DNA of 64,000 nucleotides from Malacoraja senta (lineage: Eukaryota), in assembly GCA_038087875.1 (NCBI GenBank), contig CM075977.1, positions 288,548,001-288,612,000 of the forward strand, given 5' to 3'. Shown here in pieces: positions 13,333-25,894 of this stretch (position 1 is the first letter of the stretch; each line of letters begins with the position of its first letter). The notes beneath the pieces are model-generated. The model was given only the letters and a program-made list of their open reading frames with translations, was not told the origin of the DNA and did no database searches. Made by a program: the position numbers and the translations under genes.

Positions 13333-13978
13333 TGGGCCTGTCCCACTTTGGCGACTTTTTAGGCAACTGCAGGAGACTATGCGGTCGCCATATGTTCGCG
13401 GGTGGTTGCCGGGTAGTGGCCGTGAGGAGTTCCCGCATTCTGGGAATTAGTCGCAGCCTCATTATGGCCGCCGCAAATTTTTCAATATCTTGAAAAATTA
13501 GCGGCGACCAGAATGAGGCCGCCATGGAGAGTAGCGAGAATTATCGTGCAGTGGTAGTGGGTCGCCAGGAGGTCGTAAGTTGTAGCCGGTGCTGACCGGT
13601 GAATTTCATTGGCTCATTAGGAAAATAAAACGTAAGCAGTAGTTTTCAGAATCAAGAATAACCGACCGGTAATGTTAATGTCCGCCGAGCTTCACAGACG
13701 TGTATCTCTGGCTTCTTAAGTTGTCTCCACTCCTTCTCCCCCCTCTTTTAAAGGAATTACGTGACCCTTCCCGTACACTGTGCTTTCATCGTCTTAATTA
13801 CAGCGCCAACCTTCCTGTTCCTGTGTGTGTCTGTATCACATTGGCTTTGCACCATGTGAATTTCACTCAGACAGCTCTCCCCCCGCTTGCCCTGTCCCCC
13901 ACCTGCATAACGGGCTGGTGAAGGAAGCGGTGTGTGGGTGTCTGTGTCTGGTAAAATCGCCTAAGTGGGACAGCCCCA
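13333..13978. mobile_element. Non-autonomous PIF/Harbinger-type MITE
   Basis: TIRs 'tgggcctgtcccactttggcgacttt' / 'aaaatcgcctaagtgggacagcccca'; TTA on the left; same TIR family as 36422-36828. Confidence 0.8.
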
Positions 13979-15106
13979 TTTGACATCCTATAACAGGCTC
14001 TTGGATAGTCTTTTGTGCAAACTACATAGTCAAGTAGACAAACCACTGCATTCTTAATGTAAATAGATTTTTTCAAATAAACAACCCAAATAAGTACAAC
14101 AGACTTCCAAACAGTTGGAATAACATCTGTGTCTCCTTTTGCTACGCAACCATGTCATCACACCAGAATGCTTTTGGCACACTATCTGGTGCAAAACACT
14201 TATCTCAAAGATACTGACTTGCAGGTGAGTATTGACAAGAATGTTGTGGTTGGCAAGCTGAGTTGCTGTTAGAAGAAATGGGAATTTCAAAGTTGAAGTC
14301 ACTCTTATGAATGTTTCCGAACTGATAAATTTCTCATGGAAAAGCAGTTTATTTTTAAGACCAGTTTAAATTTTAAGGGACCAGATTGTTTTTAGTAAAC
14401 ACGTTCCCCACTCTCAAATTTGAAATTTTACCGTAATGGAGCTGCAATCTTAATAGTACAAGAGTGAGGGGAGCTTTCCTCAGAAGTTACCCTCTTTAAA
14501 GAGTGTGTCAAATAGCTTTGGATTGTCCATGGAAGTAAGTTTCCAAATCAGATATAGTTACAAAGTTCCTTGCCCAAATATTCTTACTGATACATGAATG
14601 CGAGGCATGTAATTACAAGTTACAAGACATCAGCTGCTTTAATCCCTTGTCTGGAAAAAGAACATCAACTACAAATAATTTTTCAAAGATTTGGATCATC
14701 GTATGTGATTAAATGTGTTTTTGCCTCTGTTTGAAGAGGTTTTTTAAATTATGATTGCAATTTGTGATAATCCTTTGTGCATTACAAAAGTTAAAATCCA
14801 TATTTTCAGTGATTTATGCAGATTTGCATTTTCAAAATGTTAGCAAGTGGATTAGTAATTTCAAGTCTTGTTTGGTTCTGAAACAATTAGATGTCCTTTG
14901 GAAAGAAAATGCTTTAGCATCAAATAAAAAACAAAATTATTGCCAGCTTACTATTATTGTTCCTTTTGCCAAAATATATTGATTTATAGAATTGCTGCTG
15001 GAAATGTTTCAAATGTAAGACATGCATTTTTATTACAGCAACAAGCTTTGTAAAAACCATATTTACCTTGGAGTGGTGCATAATGTATATGTATTCTGAC
15101 TCATTT

Positions 15107-15391
15107 TGGTTTAGAGATACACCACGGAATTCGGCCCTTCGGCCCACCGAGTCTGCACCGACCAGCGATCCCCGTGCATTAACACTATCCTACATACACT
15201 AGGAGCAATTTACATTGATACTAAGCCAATTAACCCACAAACCTGTACGTCTTTGGAGTGTGGGAGGAAACCGAAGATCTTGGAGTAAACCTAATGTACA
15301 AACTCTGTACAGACAGCACCTGCAGTCACAATCAAACCTGGGTTTCTGGCGCTGTAAGGCAGCGACTCTACTGTTGCGCCACCATGCCGCC
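15107..15391 (-). mobile_element. V-domain SINE (HE1-like)
   Basis: Same head/core/tail as 2990-3279. Confidence 0.85.
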
Positions 15392-16641
15392 CTTTTCTTT
15401 TACAACTTGGCTTCAGATCTCTGGGAACGTAAACATATTGGTCCTTGCTAATTGCTGCATGCCTCATTGCTTGTCACGGAGAATGTCTGTATAAGTCTGG
15501 ATTTGCATTTAAACCTGATCTATAGAAATACAAGGCTAGTATACATATCAATATGTTGTTCTGTTTCCCCTGCTTTCATCTTGTGGATGGTACAGAGGTG
15601 TAGTTCCAGAGTGACCAGGGTTCAATTCTAATCTGTAGCTGAGTTTGCATTGCTCTCCCTATAACCGTGGGGTGTTCTCTGGGTGTTTCCACCCACGTTC
15701 CAAAGATATGCGAGTTGCTGAGTTGGTAGTTTAGTTGACTGCTAAATTGTCCATTGTGTGGGTGAGTGGTAGAATCTGGGAGTAGAATGGGAAAGGAGGA
15801 GGCTTGATGGGTATGCAGGATGAGATTTGTGTAACTGGATGCTTAATGTTGGTGTGCACATGGTGGTCCTTCTGTGGCTAATACATATTTGTGGTTGGTA
15901 TTGAATTTGTTTCACTCTGTTTTAAGCTTTTCTGCTTAACTCCATGTGTCAAGTTTACCTCTCCCATGGTAGCTGTTAGTGTTCATATTGGTTTATGATT
16001 AAGAACTGATCGTCACAGAATTGAGAATGTTATTCAGCTTTCAGTTTTCGCAGGTCGTAACTACCTGCTCTGAGATTCCACGTACTTCTAGTATAACGAC
16101 AACCATGTTGTTTGAACAAAAATATGTCGGAAATAGGAAGATATGGCAGTGTGAGTGGAGATGGTTGTTCAGATCAATGACTCATAAATGAAATAGATAG
16201 TCATACAGGACAGGAATAGGCTCTTCAGCCCAACCAGCCCGTGTCATCCAAATATACGCCATCCTAGCTAGTTCCATTTGCCCACATTAACCCATATCCC
16301 TCTAAATCTTCACGATCCATGCATCTGTCCAAATGTCTTTTAAATATTCTTATTGTAAGTCCCTCTACTCCCCACAAACCCACATGTTTTATGACGTGAA
16401 AGGAAACCGAAGTACGCAGAGGAAATCCATCTGGTCACAGGGAGAAGGTGCAAACTCCACACATACAGCACCAGGTCAGGATCTAACCTGGATCTCTGCC
16501 ATTGTGAGGTAGCATCTCTACCAGCTGTGCCATTGTGCCACTGAGAGGAATGAGAAAATGGGATAACATTGAAGTAGTGTGAATGGGTAATTGATTGTTG
16601 CGTTGGTCTGAAGGGCCTATTTCCACAGTCTTTCTTTAAAA

Positions 16642-16767
16642 TTTAGAGGGACAACATGGGAACGGGCCCTTCAGCCCACTGAGTCCACGTCAACCAGTGA
16701 TCACTCCATACACTAACACTATCCTACAAATTTTTTGCTGAAGCCAATTAACCTACAAACCTGTATA
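16642..16767 (-). mobile_element. SINE, left part (3' half), interrupted by Tc1 copy 2; continues at 20243-20300
   Basis: 'aagccaattaacctacaaacctgta' stops at the Tc1 TA and resumes 'tctttggagtgtgggaggaaa' at 20245, contiguous in the intact copy at 15241. Confidence 0.85.
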
Positions 16768-17051
16768 CAGTGCCCTCCATAATGTTTGGGACAAAGACCC
16801 ATCATTTATTTATTTGCCTCTGTACTCCACAATTTGAGATTTATAATAGAAAAAATCACATGTAGTTAAAGTGCACATTGTCAGATTTTCATTAAGGCCA
16901 TTTTTATACATTTTGGTTTCACCATGTAGAAATTACAGCAGTGTTTATAGAGTCCCCGCCATTTCAGGGCACCATAATGTTTGGGACACAGCAATGTCAT
17001 GTAAATTAAAGTAGTCATGTTTAGTATTTTGTTGCATGCAATGACTACTTG

Positions 17052-18417
17052 TCATCCGAGCTGCTGCTCCAACCCTGGCAACAGGAAAGAAGTGGACGGC
17101 TAAGAATGCGACACAGCAGGCAAAATCTGCTCTCCACCAAGGCGACATGGTAGGGCAAATCCAACATGGAAGAAGTGGCTTGGGGCTTGGCGGAAAGCGA
17201 CCTTGCTGGAACAAGGCATCATCACTGGAGCGCCGGAAGTTGGTCGCGGCCGAAGTCCGCTGACAGGAGGAGTTGAGTAGGTGTGCCAAGGCTGTGTCGC
17301 AAGCTAAACAGGGCCAGTGGATGAGATGGGAGAGTGTGGAAAAGAGGAAGATCAGCTGGAAGGACATGTGGGAGATGGAGGCAAGCAGGATACGTTCCCT
17401 CATTCGGGCAATCTATGATGTTCTTCCTAGCCCAAAAAATCTCAACCAATGGCTGGGCGAAGATCCATCATGCCCCCTGTGTTCAACACCAGCCCGACTT
17501 AGGCACATCCTCACTGGGTGTACAGTAAGCCTCTCCCAAGGACAGTACACCTGGAGACATAATCAAGTGCTCAAATGCCTGGCAGCGACTATGGAACGCA
17601 GGAGAACAGCCAACAATGCCCTGCCGCCCAGAACAACCAACCCAGTTAAGACAATTGCCTTTGCTCCGGGGGGGGGGGGGGGGGGGGAAACAAAGGCAAT
17701 GGAAAATTCCACCAAGGACCAGGTTTGGACAGCTGGAGGCAGCCCGGGATTCGCAGATGCTGATGGATGTGGATCAACGGCTTACAGTTCAATCAGAGAT
17801 AGCCATCACCAACTTGAGGCCTGATCTTGTGCTCTGGTCGAACTCTCAACGCATGGTGTATTTTGTGGAGCTCACAGTCCCTTGGGAGGATGCTGTGCAG
17901 GAAGCCTTCGAAAGAAAAAAACTGCGATATACAGAGCTTGCAGCGGAGGCAGAACAGCGGGGCTGGAGAGCTAAGATCTGCCCGGTAGAAGTTGGATGTC
18001 GAGGATTCGTGGCAACATCTACCTTAAGACTGATGAAGGACCTGGGGATCAGCGGACAAGCCCTACGCCAGGCCATCAAAGAAACATCACGGGTAGCAGA
18101 GCGGAGTAGCCAGTGGCTCTGGCTGAAGAGGAAAGACCCCATTTGGTCTCCCAAATAACCGACTAGACAGATGTAGAAGGGGGGTGGTTCTGGGACGCCA
18201 GAATGCACCGCTGAGCCTACTGGAGATGTTGTGGGTTCAATCAGCGAAACGTCCATGAAAGTAGGTGCCCACTTGATAACCCCAATGACGTGTCTGCCTA
18301 GCTTTTCTCAACATCGGAGGAGCATAGGTGAGTGCAGAAGGCTCCCATCACCATCGGGAGTAAATTGATATTTGGCACTTTGGACTTTTAACATCTGGTC
18401 CTGTGTATTTGTAAACA
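17052..18417 (+). mobile_element. 5'-truncated non-LTR retrotransposon with CCHC knuckle and restriction-like endonuclease (HERO-like clade)
   Basis: 'CPLC…HILTGC' knuckle, 'YTWRHNQVL', 'RPDLVLWS…VELTVPWE…ERKKLRY…VEVGCRGF' (PD-(D/E)xK REL signature); one stop codon and a frameshift at a poly-G run; Tc1 sequence resumes at ~18418. Confidence 0.88.
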
Positions 18418-19000
18418 TTGAAGTCTGCGATTCATGGACATCACCAGTTGCTGGGTGTCTTCTCTGGTGATGCTCTGACAGGCCTGTATTGCAGCCATCT
18501 TTAGCTTATGCTTGTTTTGGGGGCTAGTCCCCTTCAGTTTTCTCTTCAGTTTACTCTTCAGCATATAAAATGCATGCTCAATTGGGTTCAGATCGGGTGA
18601 TTGACGGCCACTCAAGGATTGATCATTTTTATCTTTGAAAAACTCCTTTGTTGCTTTAGCAGTATGTTTGTCTCTTTGTAGAATGAACTGCCGGCCAATG
18701 AGTTTTCAGGCATTTGTTTGAGCAGATAGGATGTGTCTATATACCCTTCAGAATTCATTATGCTACTACCTTCAGCAGTTGCATCATCAATGAGGATAAG
18801 TGAGCCAGTACCTTCAGCAGCCAGACATGCCCAGGCCATAACACCCCACCACCATGTTTCACAGATGAGGTGGTATGCTTTGGATCTTGTGCAGTTCCTT
18901 CTCTCCTCGATACTTTGCTCTTGCCATCACTCTGATATGTTAATCTTCGTCTCATCTGTCCACAAGACCTTTTTCCAGGACTGTGGTTGTTCTTTAAGTA

Positions 19001-19787
19001 TTTTTTTTATTTATTTTTTTATTATTATTTTTTTTTTAATTATTTTTATTAGAAGTACGGTAAATTACAGTAATACACAACACATATATCTTAATACATT
19101 TTTTATACCGCTTCATTTTTTTGAGCTTTAAGAGAAAGATAGAAGTAAGAAAAGTAAAGAAAGTGCGCAAGAGTCGTGAAGTGCAAGAGAGTGTTGGGAA
19201 AAGAAAGCCCCTTAGAAAAGAAGTTAGAGAAGGAAGTAAAGTAAGAAAGTAGGCCCTAGAAAAGAAAGAAAAAGAAAGTAGGAACAATCGCAGGAAGGGG
19301 ACTACCAACCAAGTCTGTTTTTGTTGTTTTACTTCCCATTACCAGGTTCTGATACCATTTCTTTATTTATTTATTTTTTAAATTACTATTGCACCTCATG
19401 CTTGTAATAGGTCCAGAAACGTAGACCACGTCTTTTGGAATTGGTCTGCTTTACCTGCTAAGAGGAATCTCATCTCTTCCAGATGTAATATTTCAAACAT
19501 ATTTGATGTCCACATTTTTATTGTTGGTGTGGGCGCATTTTTCCAGAATTTAAGTATGAGCTTTTTTCCCATTATTAGCCCGTAATTGAATAAATTCTTC
19601 TGATACACGTTTAATTCAGGGATACCTTCCGATATTCCAAAAATGATCCATTCTGGTTTTGGTACCAGTTTTATTTTAATTAATTTTGAAAAAATATCAA
19701 ATATTTCATACCAGAATTTTTGGATTTTTGTACAAAAAACAAAAGAATGCGCTATGGTAGCTTCTTGACATAGACATTTATCACAGA
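19001..19787 (-). mobile_element. L1-clade LINE 3' end with A-rich tail
   Basis: On -: 'CDKC…HSFVFC…FWYEIF' knuckle, ORF2 end 'KKLILKFWK…FQKTWSTF', then AATAAA and an A-rich tail ending at 19001. Confidence 0.82.
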
Positions 19788-20586
19788 TAAGCCTAAGGTT
19801 TGGCTGATGTCTCTAACAATTTTATTCTTGTTTCTCAGTTTCATAATGGCTTCTTTGACTTTCATTGGCACAACTTTGTTCCTCATGTTAATAAATAGCA
19901 ATTAAAGTTTCCAAAGGTATTGGAAAGACTGGAGGAAAGACTAGGTGCTGAGAGCTCTCTTATACCTGCATCAAGGAGGCAATTAAACACACCTGAGCAA
20001 TTACAAAGGCCTGTGAAGCCATGTGTCCCAAACATTATGGTGCCCTGAAATGGGGGAATATGTATAACACAGCTGTAATTTCTACAAGGTGAAACCAAAA
20101 TGTATAAAAATGGCCTATAATAAAATCTGACAATGTGCACTTTAACCATGTGATTTTGTTCTATTACGAATCTCAAATTGTGGAGTACAGAGGCAAATAA
20201 ATAAATGATGGGTCTTTGTCTGAAACATTATGGAAGGCACTGTATCTTTGGAGTGTGGGAGGAAATGAGCACCCTGAAAAAACCCACGCTGTCACAGTGA
20301 GCTGTAACTGAATGATATTCCACTGTCATGGTGAGATTTAAATTTGCCTCTGAATTACTTGTCAGATATCTTAACATCTTCATTGTATTCTTTAGCCATT
20401 GGATTTCAAAAAAACGATCAATACTTTTATACTGCTTTTGTGAGGTACTTTTTACGTGTGACTATTGTTCTTGTTTAAAAAGGCTGGAAGACTTCCACTT
20501 GTAGAATCCAGGAAAGTATTTGTTTGTTTTCCTCAATGTTCATGTTTTAATGAGTTAGTAATGGTACAATTGTTATTTTTCCTTAG

Positions 20587-22010
20587 GATCAAATGCAAGA
20601 AGTGAAGAAAATGCAGAAAATTCAAATGCCATTTCAGACAGTGCGTTTATAACTAATAAACAAGGACATATTCTTCAACTCAGTGACCAGAGCAAAGAAA
20701 AGAACAATGACCCAAATATTATCTTGCAAAGCAAAAGAAATGGAGAAGACTCTGATAGTGATTTTGAGTCTGACCCACCTACTTCACAAAGCAGTGAAGA
20801 GGAAGAACAGGAGGAGGAGTTCCATGATGAACATGGAGAGTTCGATGATGTAGAAGCAGAAACCTTTGGGCAGAGGCCTTTGTTAATGGAATCTGATGAA
20901 GATGAAGAAGTGGGTGAAGAAGAAAAGCATAGCTCTGATTCTGACCAGAGTAAAGAAAAATCATCTATAACAGGACAAGGTTCAGAATACAATGCTGATG
21001 GTGAAAGTATTGCAAGTATAGAGTCGGCAACAGCCCTCATCACCCCTCCAGATTCCCCTCGAATCAAAGGAGTCAAAACAACTCAAGAAGAAGTAGATAT
21101 GTTTGGTGCTGTGCCATTTGTTGGCTTGCAGCAGTATTTGCAACTAGATAAAAGAATGGAGAATAAGGATAGTTTTCAAAAGGCATCTTTCAAAACAATT
21201 ACTCTTAAAGAGCAGGAAGATTTTGATGTATTTAGTAATGCGCCTTTTGCCAGAAAATTATCTCATCCTGTTTACTCTGTTGAGGGTACTCTGACACAAA
21301 CACCACCTATTTCGCCTAATGATGTGGATATGTTTGGCTCCACTCCATTCCAGCCACCGCATCCAGCTCAGCATAGAGAGGAAAGCAAAGAAGATGCATT
21401 TGGACACGTACCTTTTGGGGAGGTCACCACAAGTCAGCAACACAAATTAAAACAGCGCAGTTTACAGAAACTTTCTTCTAGGCAACGTCGCACCAAACAG
21501 GAATCTTCTGGTGGAAATGGAAAACGTCATCATGGCACACCTACAACTGCAAGAAAACCTTCCAAACCTTCCAAACCTAACTATAGAACTCCAGAGCGAG
21601 TACGCAGGCACAAAAAAGTAGGTAGGCGTGATTCACAAAGTAGCAACGAACTTTTGAATATATCGGATTCTAAAGAGAATATTAGTGTGGCACTTTCAGA
21701 TGGAAAGGAACAATGCCATTTGTTGCCTACTGATGAAAGTCTGCTTGACCCATTTGGTGCGAAGCCATTCTACCCACAAGATCTTGCCAGAAACTCTCAG
21801 TACCAAGGTCTAAGTGATCGAGGAGACCACAATCCTGTTGCTAACAGATCCAGACCTAGTTCCATACATGGGGCATTTCATGCTGGAGATGGGCTAAAAA
21901 CTGATGATTTTGGTGCTGTGCCTTTTACTGAACTAGTTTTACACAGTGTTGCACACCAACATGGTGATTTTGATCCATTTGGTGCAGCACCATTTCCTTC
22001 CAAACAATAG
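20587..22010 (+). CDS. BMP2K: BMP2K last coding exon (acidic region, repeated DxFGxxPF motifs, C-terminus DPFGAAPFPSKQ)
   Basis: ccttag| acceptor in phase 1; in frame with ORF 20724..22010; 'QKLSSRQRRTKQ', 'KRHHGTPT', 'HKKVGRRDSQSSNE' and terminal 'PFGAAPFPSKQ' are BMP2K hallmarks. Confidence 0.97.
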
Positions 22011-25000
22011 TCTTCCAACAGAAAAGATATCTGATTTGATAACTTTCCACCACAAGGCCTTATGAGCAGGGCTTCTTCCCAATGCTACTTATTACCTCTG
22101 AGCCATTGTAGAGGGGAAAATCCCAGCTGACACTCACTCTCAAAAATAATCTGTGGACATCGAATGGACAATCCATTCCATCCTTTCACGTTTTAAAGGA
22201 TTTATAACTTCCTCATTATTTTAACTTGAAAACATTTCATGAAAATCAATAATAAAAATGTGAGCTTGCAGAACTAAAAACGGCTAACATTTGAAATCTC
22301 CGAACAATGGAGTTGGACCTAATCATATAGACTGCATTTGCTTTTGCTGAGGTAGAAAGATTCAGTGACTTCCTTTGCAAAATATGCTGAATAATCCTCA
22401 GACTAGCAAAGTATCATGCCATATGTTTTGCTGTTTGTAATGGTGAATATAATATGCAGCCAGTTAAACCAACAATTTTATATGCTTAAAACTGGAGTTT
22501 AATTGCCACTGTATTAAGTCTGCCAAGTTTTAATGCTTTTGCAATAAAAAGCCAGGCTGCTTTTGTGTGAATGGAAATCAAACATCTAGTTCATAGTCTT
22601 TTTACTGCTGCAATACAGTTAAAGTGCACTTTTCAGACTTGAATGTGAGCGAGCCTTTTTTTGTATTAATAGTTTAAAATTTGTTAAATCTATCATTTAT
22701 ATTTAGTGGTCTTTCCACTGTTTAACACATGGGGAGCTTGCTCATTTACTTTTTACATTGCAAATTGTATTGTTAAATGAAAATTTAACAATTGGAGGGA
22801 CTAGATTCCCACTCCTTTTATTCATTGATACCTGCAATAAATTCTACTTGAAATTATAGTTATAAAAATGAAGTTTTATTTAAAGTACTATGCAAATGTC
22901 ATTGTTTTCAGTTCCCACTGTGGAATCTTGATAAGTTTATATTGACTTGGTTTCGGCACAGAGCACCAGTAGAGTTGCTGCCTTACAACATCAGAGACCC
23001 GGGTTCAATCCTGACTACGGATGCTGTCTGTACGGAGTTTGTACACTCTCCCCGTGACCGCGTAGATTTTCTCCAGGAGCTCCAGTTTCCTCCCATATTC
23101 CAAAGATGTACAGGTTTGTAGGTTAATTAGCTTCTGTAAATTGTCCCTAGTGTGTAGGATAGTGCTAGTGTACGGGGTGATCGCTGGTTAGTGTGGACTC
23201 GGTAGGCCGAAGGGCCTGTTTCCGTGCTGTATCTCTAAACTAAGCTAAGGAACTTTAATGGAAATTGGATAGTAACCAATTGCATATATATTAAACCAGC
23301 CTTGCCTGCTTTGCATAATAACTGATTTCACAGAAATTAATTCAACATGAGCTTTTGTCTATTTTTTATTGTTCTGGGAGGGGAGGGAAGAAGGGTTATT
23401 CTACATTGAGATCTCTATGCAATGCCATAAAGATCCTAGGTTGAATAAAGCGAGCACAACAAATTGCAGCACCCCAACTGTTGCCATGAACTTGTTTTCT
23501 GTCATGGTGGATTGACAGACATTTTGCAATTAACATGGGTTTTGAAACAACTGATGCAAATCAATAATAATTCATTACTGAAGAAGATTTATTGACAAGT
23601 TCTGCACTAAAGTCACAGGAAAAGCAAAGTTTAAACATTAAGTTAAACCCAACTTTTCTCCCCTCACCATTTTATCATATCTCCTCCCCCCCCCCCCCCC
23701 CCCCCCTCACATAAAACAAAACTTTACATTTTACAGCCTGAATACAATACAGAACAAATCTGAAAACCACAAGACCAGCTTGTCCTTTTAAGGGCAAGTA
23801 ATAAAAATGTATGTGAAAACCAGAAAGATGATTATTCTGAGAAAACATTTTTGTAAGAGTGGTTGGTTAGATATTTTCTGTGCAAAAATAAATAAAAAAA
23901 CATTGCACTTTACTCTCCATAGGTGAATTTAATGTGCTTGGGCAGATGTGTTTGTAGAATTTATGTACAAATCATCAACGGTGCTTCGTAGTAATGTTTT
24001 TTTTTCACTGCATGGTTATCTAAATTTGCACTTTAGTATTATGTCCATCACATTTACCAATTAAATTTACAAAAGGATTATCCATTTCTAATCTGCTTCA
24101 GTATTCTACCTGGCCCAGTTTACCAGGACAAATTAGTTGCCTGCGTGACCTCTTCACTTGTACAACATTAGAAGGAAAAGTAACCACCTTTCTCCCTTAC
24201 CTGCTGGGAATTTCAGTGCACAAAGTATTGGGCATATTTTTTACCCAAACTCCCAATTAGATTGTTACTTAAAGTTACTTAGCTATACAATTACTTTAAT
24301 GATTTTAATCTGAGTCATTTTAAGCCAGTGACATCCACTGTAATATAGTTTTTGAAAATGCTGTAATAAATTCAAGATTAAATACATGTTATGTGTATCC
24401 TTTCACCACTGGCCTGTTAATTTCAAATGTGTCAATTCTCTTCCCATTTCTATTTTTTATACGCACAAAGTATTATGTTTCACACATTTAGCTGCCTTAT
24501 TTTCCTCCACATTGGCTGTCTTCTCAACAAACATTATTTGTTTGTAGATCAGAAACATTATACCTTTATTGTATTGCTGAAAAATAGCTTCAAATCTGCA
24601 TGAATGCAAAAATGGTAGTGAAGCTCTTGATTGTGGCTACCTATTGACCAAAAGTACACAAGATATGAGTTGACCCCCTAAGAATCCTTGGGTTTTTCCA
24701 AGCAGGGATATCAAAAGAGTGTAACACAGGTTAAAAAAAACCCCATCTAAATAACCTTAGATGTCGAAATGTGACTTGTTCCACTGATACTGCAGCTATG
24801 TTTTTGAATAAATGCAAGTCCTGACCACAACTAAGTCATGTGTATACTGATTTTCCAGTTTTATTATCTACATTATTTGAAGGATTATTCTAACAGTGGT
24901 ACCCGTGTAGAAAATTTAAACAATGACGTCCTCAAAGGCTTGTTCAAAATAATTAGTGCTTGAATGGACAGAGGTAAACCAAATTGCTGTTAAATAATGC

Positions 25001-25120
25001 ATTTACACATACAGAAGATTAACGATGAAAAAAATATCATCTTTCCCTGCTCAATATATCACTACAGATTCTCAATAGGCACTTCCAAGGAATCCATACA
25101 CAGCAGCTGCTACTGCTTGT
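22011..25120. other. Convergent 3' UTR region of BMP2K (+) and PAQR3 (-)
   Basis: AT-rich 3.1 kb between the two stop codons; AATAAA on + at 22251, 22543, 23444 and on - at 23365-23370, 23588-23593. True ends not determinable. Confidence 0.6.
22950..23248 (+). mobile_element. V-domain SINE (HE1-like), near full length
   Basis: 'gtagagttgctgccttacaacatcagagacccgggttcaatcc' head with B-box-like GGTTCAATCC, V core, tail 'ggcctgtttccgtgctgtatctctaaactaagctaa'. Confidence 0.88.
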
Positions 25121-25260
25121 TTATGTATTGATTAATTCAGAACAGGGTTGGTTGTGTCTATACTGTGTAATATATACTCCAGTTTGGTGCCACCAATAGA
25201 ACATCAGGACAACAAGGACGTGCCAGCACTGATGACTGGAACCAAGGTAGTTCACCTGTC
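25121..25260 (-). CDS. PAQR3: PAQR3 coding exon 6 (GQVNYLGSSHQCWHVLVVLMFYWWHQ…INT*)
   Basis: tttacag| acceptor, phase 1, 140 nt to the stop; PAQR 'SHQxWH' motif. Confidence 0.95.
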
Positions 25261-25894
25261 CTGTAAAAAGGTACAAAAGTGTTAGCAACTGGAGTTTTCC
25301 TGCAATTAAACATATCTTTGTAATAAATTGGATTCTCATTTTTTAATTAATGAATGTAGGATAAATTACGTTAATGAAAAATCAATTTATCTACATTATT
25401 ATGTTGTAAGATCTTAATCTTTTAGTTTATTGTCACGAGTTACAGTGAAAAGGTTTTGTTGCGTGTTCACCAGTCCAGCAGAAAGACAATACATGATTAC
25501 ATAATCTCCCAATAGGAAACCTTAATTCCAATTGCCTGGTAAACTATTGAATATGGTATACTCCTCTACAAAAAAGGTGGAAGATCCGATATCAAATACC
25601 AAGTAGTCTTCATATGCTCTTAGGATCATAGTTTCTGTTCATTTTTGATTGCCAATATTATTATTGTATTCACTCACCAGCCATACCATTTTCTTTGAAT
25701 GCACATTCCAAAACAAGTTGATTTGCTATGGAAGTAATGCCCCTTCTAAATCAATTGTCTTGGCTAGCTTCAGAACTAATTGTGATAGTCCAAACGCACA
25801 CGTTTATTGGATAGTTAACATTTCAGGTTGAAGATCATCTGTCAGAATGCAGGAACTCAAAGCTGAAATGTTGACTGTTTCTCTTTCCACAGAC

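Larger units (their letters stand above)
16768..20242 (-). mobile_element. Tc1 transposon copy 2, carrying two nested retroelement insertions
   Basis: TA-flanked TIRs 'cagtgccctccataatg…cattatggaaggcactg'; transposase 'QSPDLNPIEH' and 'MAWACLAAEGTGSL' on -. Confidence 0.93.

Noticed and set aside
18220-18253. Hammerhead ribozyme in the HERO-like 3' UTR (ctggaga…gaaacgtc)
   Set aside because: Core is CUGGAGA rather than CUGANGA and stem I cannot form next to the cleavage site; the k-turn fold explains the pairing better.
22950-23030. tRNA gene
   Set aside because: It is the tRNA-derived head of a SINE followed by core and LINE-like tail; no complete cloverleaf.
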